From contig PWLE01000033.1 of the NCBI GenBank assembly GCA_003559495.1, positions 1-38,051 on the forward strand: a stretch of DNA of 38,051 nt. The letters run 5' to 3'. Source of the DNA: Mollicutes bacterium (lineage in GTDB: Bacteria; Bacillota_I; Bacilli_A; RF39; UBA660). Positions 35,355 to 38,051 of the stretch are shown one piece after another. A program made the position numbers and the translations under genes. The notes under the pieces are model-generated. The model did no database searches and was not told where the DNA came from. It saw nothing but the letters and a program-made list of their open reading frames with translations. Numbering within the stretch: position 1 is the stretch's first letter; every line of letters starts with the position of its first letter.

Positions 35355-36671
35355 ATGAAAAGAATTCTAATTTTAATTTTAACAAAAATAATCGCCTTCA
35401 TCCTTTTTAAAATACAAAAAAACAGTGATTTGCCTGGCCTTATTGCTCTTAAATTAGATCGCGCTATTATTAGTTATTTCACTCTCCCGCAAAATACTAT
35501 TTTTGTTAGTGGTACGAACATTAAATCAGCCGTTGCTAATAATATTTATCAAATATATACTAAAGAAGGATATAACGTTGCTGAAAACGCTTTTAGTTCA
35601 AACCATTATCTCGGCGTCTTAACCTATTTAATTAAAAACAGCAACTTATTTGGAAAAATAAAACCTAATATCCTTGTTTTAAAAGTTGATACTCTTGCTT
35701 TAGAAAATATTTTATCAAAACTAACCCCTAGCCACCTCATAGTTACTAACTTATCACGCGAACAATCAATGATAACCGGCCACTTTGAAGAAACTTTTAT
35801 AAAAATTAAAAACAATATTAAAGAGCCCACGAAGCTTATTTTAAACGCCGATGATCCCTTAGTTTTTAGTTTAAGTCTTCATTATAAAGGTAATATAACT
35901 TACTTTGGTATTGAAAATAATTTTAACAATCAAAACACTACCTTAGATTATGATGATAATCTAGATTTTCTCTACTGTCCTATTTGTGATACAAAATTAA
36001 TTTATGAAAAAATCTTCTATAATAATATTGGTCATTATCACTGTCCTCAAAATCATTATACCCGCCCCACGCCACAATATCCTGTTACAATTGATAATCA
36101 AGAAACTTGTCTTATTAATCAACAAAAAATAAAACTTAGCGAACCTGTTTTATATCATGTTTATAATTTAGCAGCCACCTATACTCTTTTAAAAGAACAA
36201 GTTTTAATCGATAACGAAAAAATTATCAATCATTTAAATAATATCAAAGATATTACAATTGAAAAATATCAACACCACAATAAAAATTTTTTCTTCCCGC
36301 CAACTAAAACAACCAATCCTGTTTCCTACTATCATATATTAGATTACATTAGCAAACAAAAAACACCAATTACACTTGTAATAGGCTATCAAAGGTTAAG
36401 TAACGAATATATTGAAAATGATGTTTCTTGGCTTTGGGATGTTAAATTTGAATTAATTAACAATGATTATATAAAAAATATTATTTGCTTAGAAAAATAC
36501 GCTTATGATATCGCCCTTCGCTTAAAATATGCTAATTTTAATCCTGATCGAATTACCATTATTAAAAATGAGCAAAAATTTTTAAAAAATCTTGATGAGT
36601 ATACTAGTGAAAACATTTATTTTTTAACTTGTGATAATTTAACAAAAAAATTCAAAAAGAAAGGGAAATGA
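35355..36671 (+). CDS. murT: MurT-like Mur ligase family protein (DUF1727), degenerate ATP site
   Basis: LPGLIALKLD, TNLSREQ, LILNADDP, zinc-finger-like CPIC...YHCP, DVSWLWDVKFE and DIALRLKYA. P-loop reads GTNIKSA. Confidence 0.82.
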   Translation: MKRILILILTKIIAFILFKIQKNSDLPGLIALKLDRAIISYFTLPQNTIFVSGTNIKSAVANNIYQIYTKEGYNVAENAFSSNHYLGVLTYLIKNSNLFGKIKPNILVLKVDTLALENILSKLTPSHLIVTNLSREQSMITGHFEETFIKIKNNIKEPTKLILNADDPLVFSLSLHYKGNITYFGIENNFNNQNTTLDYDDNLDFLYCPICDTKLIYEKIFYNNIGHYHCPQNHYTRPTPQYPVTIDNQETCLINQQKIKLSEPVLYHVYNLAATYTLLKEQVLIDNEKIINHLNNIKDITIEKYQHHNKNFFFPPTKTTNPVSYYHILDYISKQKTPITLVIGYQRLSNEYIENDVSWLWDVKFELINNDYIKNIICLEKYAYDIALRLKYANFNPDRITIIKNEQKFLKNLDEYTSENIYFLTCDNLTKKFKKKGK

Positions 36672-36675
36672 TAAG

Positions 36676-37341
36676 ATGACTATTAAAATTGCTTATTTAT
36701 ATTACGATCTATTAAATTTAAATGGTGAAAATGGCAATATAAAAATTTTAAAACAACAACTGGAAAAACAAAACATTAAAGTTGAATTAGTGCTTTTAAC
36801 AACTACTGATAATATTATCGGAGAATCCTATGATTTATTTTATATTGGTGGCGGAACCGAAAACCATCTCCGAATTGCCTTAAAACATTTGCAAAAACAT
36901 CAACAAACAATTCATCAAGCAATTGAAAACCATAAATTCTTTTTGGTCACTGGTAACTCATTGGAACTTTTCGGGAAAAAAGGCATTGGCATTTTTGATT
37001 TTGAAGAACAAACAGCTGAAAAACCTTTTCAAGAAGTAATTTTAGAAACTGATTTTGTTGGCAAAGGAATTATCGGACTTTTAAATCAAAAAAAAGATAT
37101 TATCGAAACAAAATATCCTTTTTTCAAAAACTCACAACAAGGAATTCATTATATTAATTTTTTCGCCCCCAAAGTTTTCGGACCTATTTTTGCCAAAAAC
37201 CCTTTATTTTTAGAATTTTTCCTTAAACAATTAGTTTTGTTTAAATATCCTTTTTTTACTTTCCAACCAATTGAATTTGAATTTGAAGAAATGGCTTATT
37301 ATAATTATCAAAAACTAATGCATAAAAAATTAGTTGAATAA
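36676..37341 (+). CDS. gatD: GatD/CobQ-like class I glutamine amidotransferase homologue lacking the catalytic Cys
   Basis: IAYLYYDLLNLNGENGNI, YDLFYIGGG and GPIFAKNP. Adjacent to murT. The nucleophile elbow reads VTGNSLE. Confidence 0.78.
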   Translation: MTIKIAYLYYDLLNLNGENGNIKILKQQLEKQNIKVELVLLTTTDNIIGESYDLFYIGGGTENHLRIALKHLQKHQQTIHQAIENHKFFLVTGNSLELFGKKGIGIFDFEEQTAEKPFQEVILETDFVGKGIIGLLNQKKDIIETKYPFFKNSQQGIHYINFFAPKVFGPIFAKNPLFLEFFLKQLVLFKYPFFTFQPIEFEFEEMAYYNYQKLMHKKLVE

Positions 37342-37370
37342 AAAAACTTAGCTTAGCTAAGTTTTATTTT
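37341..37370. terminator. Bidirectional terminator between convergent genes
   Basis: AAAACTTAGC (37343-37352) / GCTAAGTTTT (37356-37365) flanked by A and T tracts. Confidence 0.75.
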
Positions 37371-38051
37371 TTCCACATCTTCCAAACTCATATTAGCAGC
37401 GGCATTTTGAAAATATTCTTCAACTGATTCTAACTCTGGATACTCTAAACCGGTTTCACTAATATAACTTGGATCACTACACAAACATAATTGAAAATTT
37501 TCTAGTTCCTCGGGTGTTATATTTTCTTTTTTCAAAAAAGCATCAATAATTGCTTTTTGCGTCTGCGCATAATTACTTTTCTTGCTTTTCTTGCGATAAT
37601 GATAATTATAATCTAATAACTCAATAATTTTTTTAACATCTTTAACTTCATTTGGTAAAAAACCAGTTTTATCATTAACAACAAAATCAACGACTCGTTC
37701 TAATCCATAACAATTTGATAATAAATTTAAAATGTTCTCTTCTTCAACTAAAGCAAAATTATCCAAATTACCATTACTATTATTAACTAACAATGAAGCT
37801 AAGCCTTTTGTTAATGCTGGTGAGTTATTTTTCATTTCGCTAGCAAGCATTTCTACTAGTAAAAAATGACGATAATCTCCATCTTGTTCCTTTCCCAAAG
37901 AAACAACAATTTTTTCATTCTTTTCGTTCATAATTAAAGGCTCTGGTTGAACAAAACCACTTTGGCTTTTCACTTCTAAATTATCTAGTTTGTCCATCTT
38001 TGCTGTTAAAGAAGTTTGCAATTCATTAAAAACTTCTTCTTGTTGTAAATA
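37353..38051 (-). CDS. Hypothetical protein, 5'-partial (frame open to the window end)
   Basis: Frame continues upstream of TTG 38021 (YLQQEEVFNE) with no stop. No recognisable intact motif. Confidence 0.7.
   Translation of the reverse strand, partial: YLQQEEVFNELQTSLTAKMDKLDNLEVKSQSGFVQPEPLIMNEKNEKIVVSLGKEQDGDYRHFLLVEMLASEMKNNSPALTKGLASLLVNNSNGNLDNFALVEEENILNLLSNCYGLERVVDFVVNDKTGFLPNEVKDVKKIIELLDYNYHYRKKSKKSNYAQTQKAIIDAFLKKENITPEELENFQLCLCSDPSYISETGLEYPELESVEEYFQNAAANMSLEDVEKIKLS

Noticed and set aside
629-35830. Short alternate-frame or antisense ORFs in the track (e.g. 629-850, 918-1133, 3947-4147, 5074-5277, 8472-8678, 16679-16918, 23381-23659, 29153-29392, 35624-35830)
   Set aside because: They lie within or across well-supported genes, have no recognisable motifs and show the composition expected of shadow ORFs.
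1-38051. Genetic code 4 (TGA=Trp), CRISPR arrays, IS elements, prophage, tRNA/rRNA
   Set aside because: TGA terminates several conserved genes (e.g. rnfA, pheS) and Trp is read from TGG. No repeat-spacer arrays, transposase/integrase/phage motifs or tRNA/rRNA signatures were seen.

Overview
Low-GC (AT-rich) bacterial chromosomal segment, standard genetic code (TGA used as stop), almost entirely encoded on the minus strand. Gene content and order suggest a genome-reduced Bacilli-type organism (RF39/Mollicutes-adjacent type; this taxonomy is inference). It is mostly housekeeping DNA: uppS-cdsA-rseP (no dxr), pheST, leuS, ileS, alpha2-type glyQS, pyk, rnhB, sepF-divIVA and vanZ-ybeY-dgkA-cdd-era-recO, with T-box riboswitches on pheS, ileS and glyQS. 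No mobile elements, CRISPR, rRNA or tRNA were seen. The unusual parts are: (1) a remodelled Rnf operon with an RnfD-RnfG fusion, an 89-aa RnfB with no ferredoxin arm, an RnfC with altered Gly-rich cofactor motifs, and two tightly coupled micro-ORFs (30 and 36 aa) missing from the ORF track; (2) a miniature glyQS T-box with an ultrashort Stem I, no Stem II, no clear terminator and a possible SD-sequestering helix; (3) a stand-alone single-module Clp ATPase with an IGF loop and an unrecognised N-terminal domain; (4) several full-length enzymes whose catalytic residues are replaced (GH31, MurT, GatD, Nfo-like); (5) an atypical HMGN-type LeuRS coupled to pcm.
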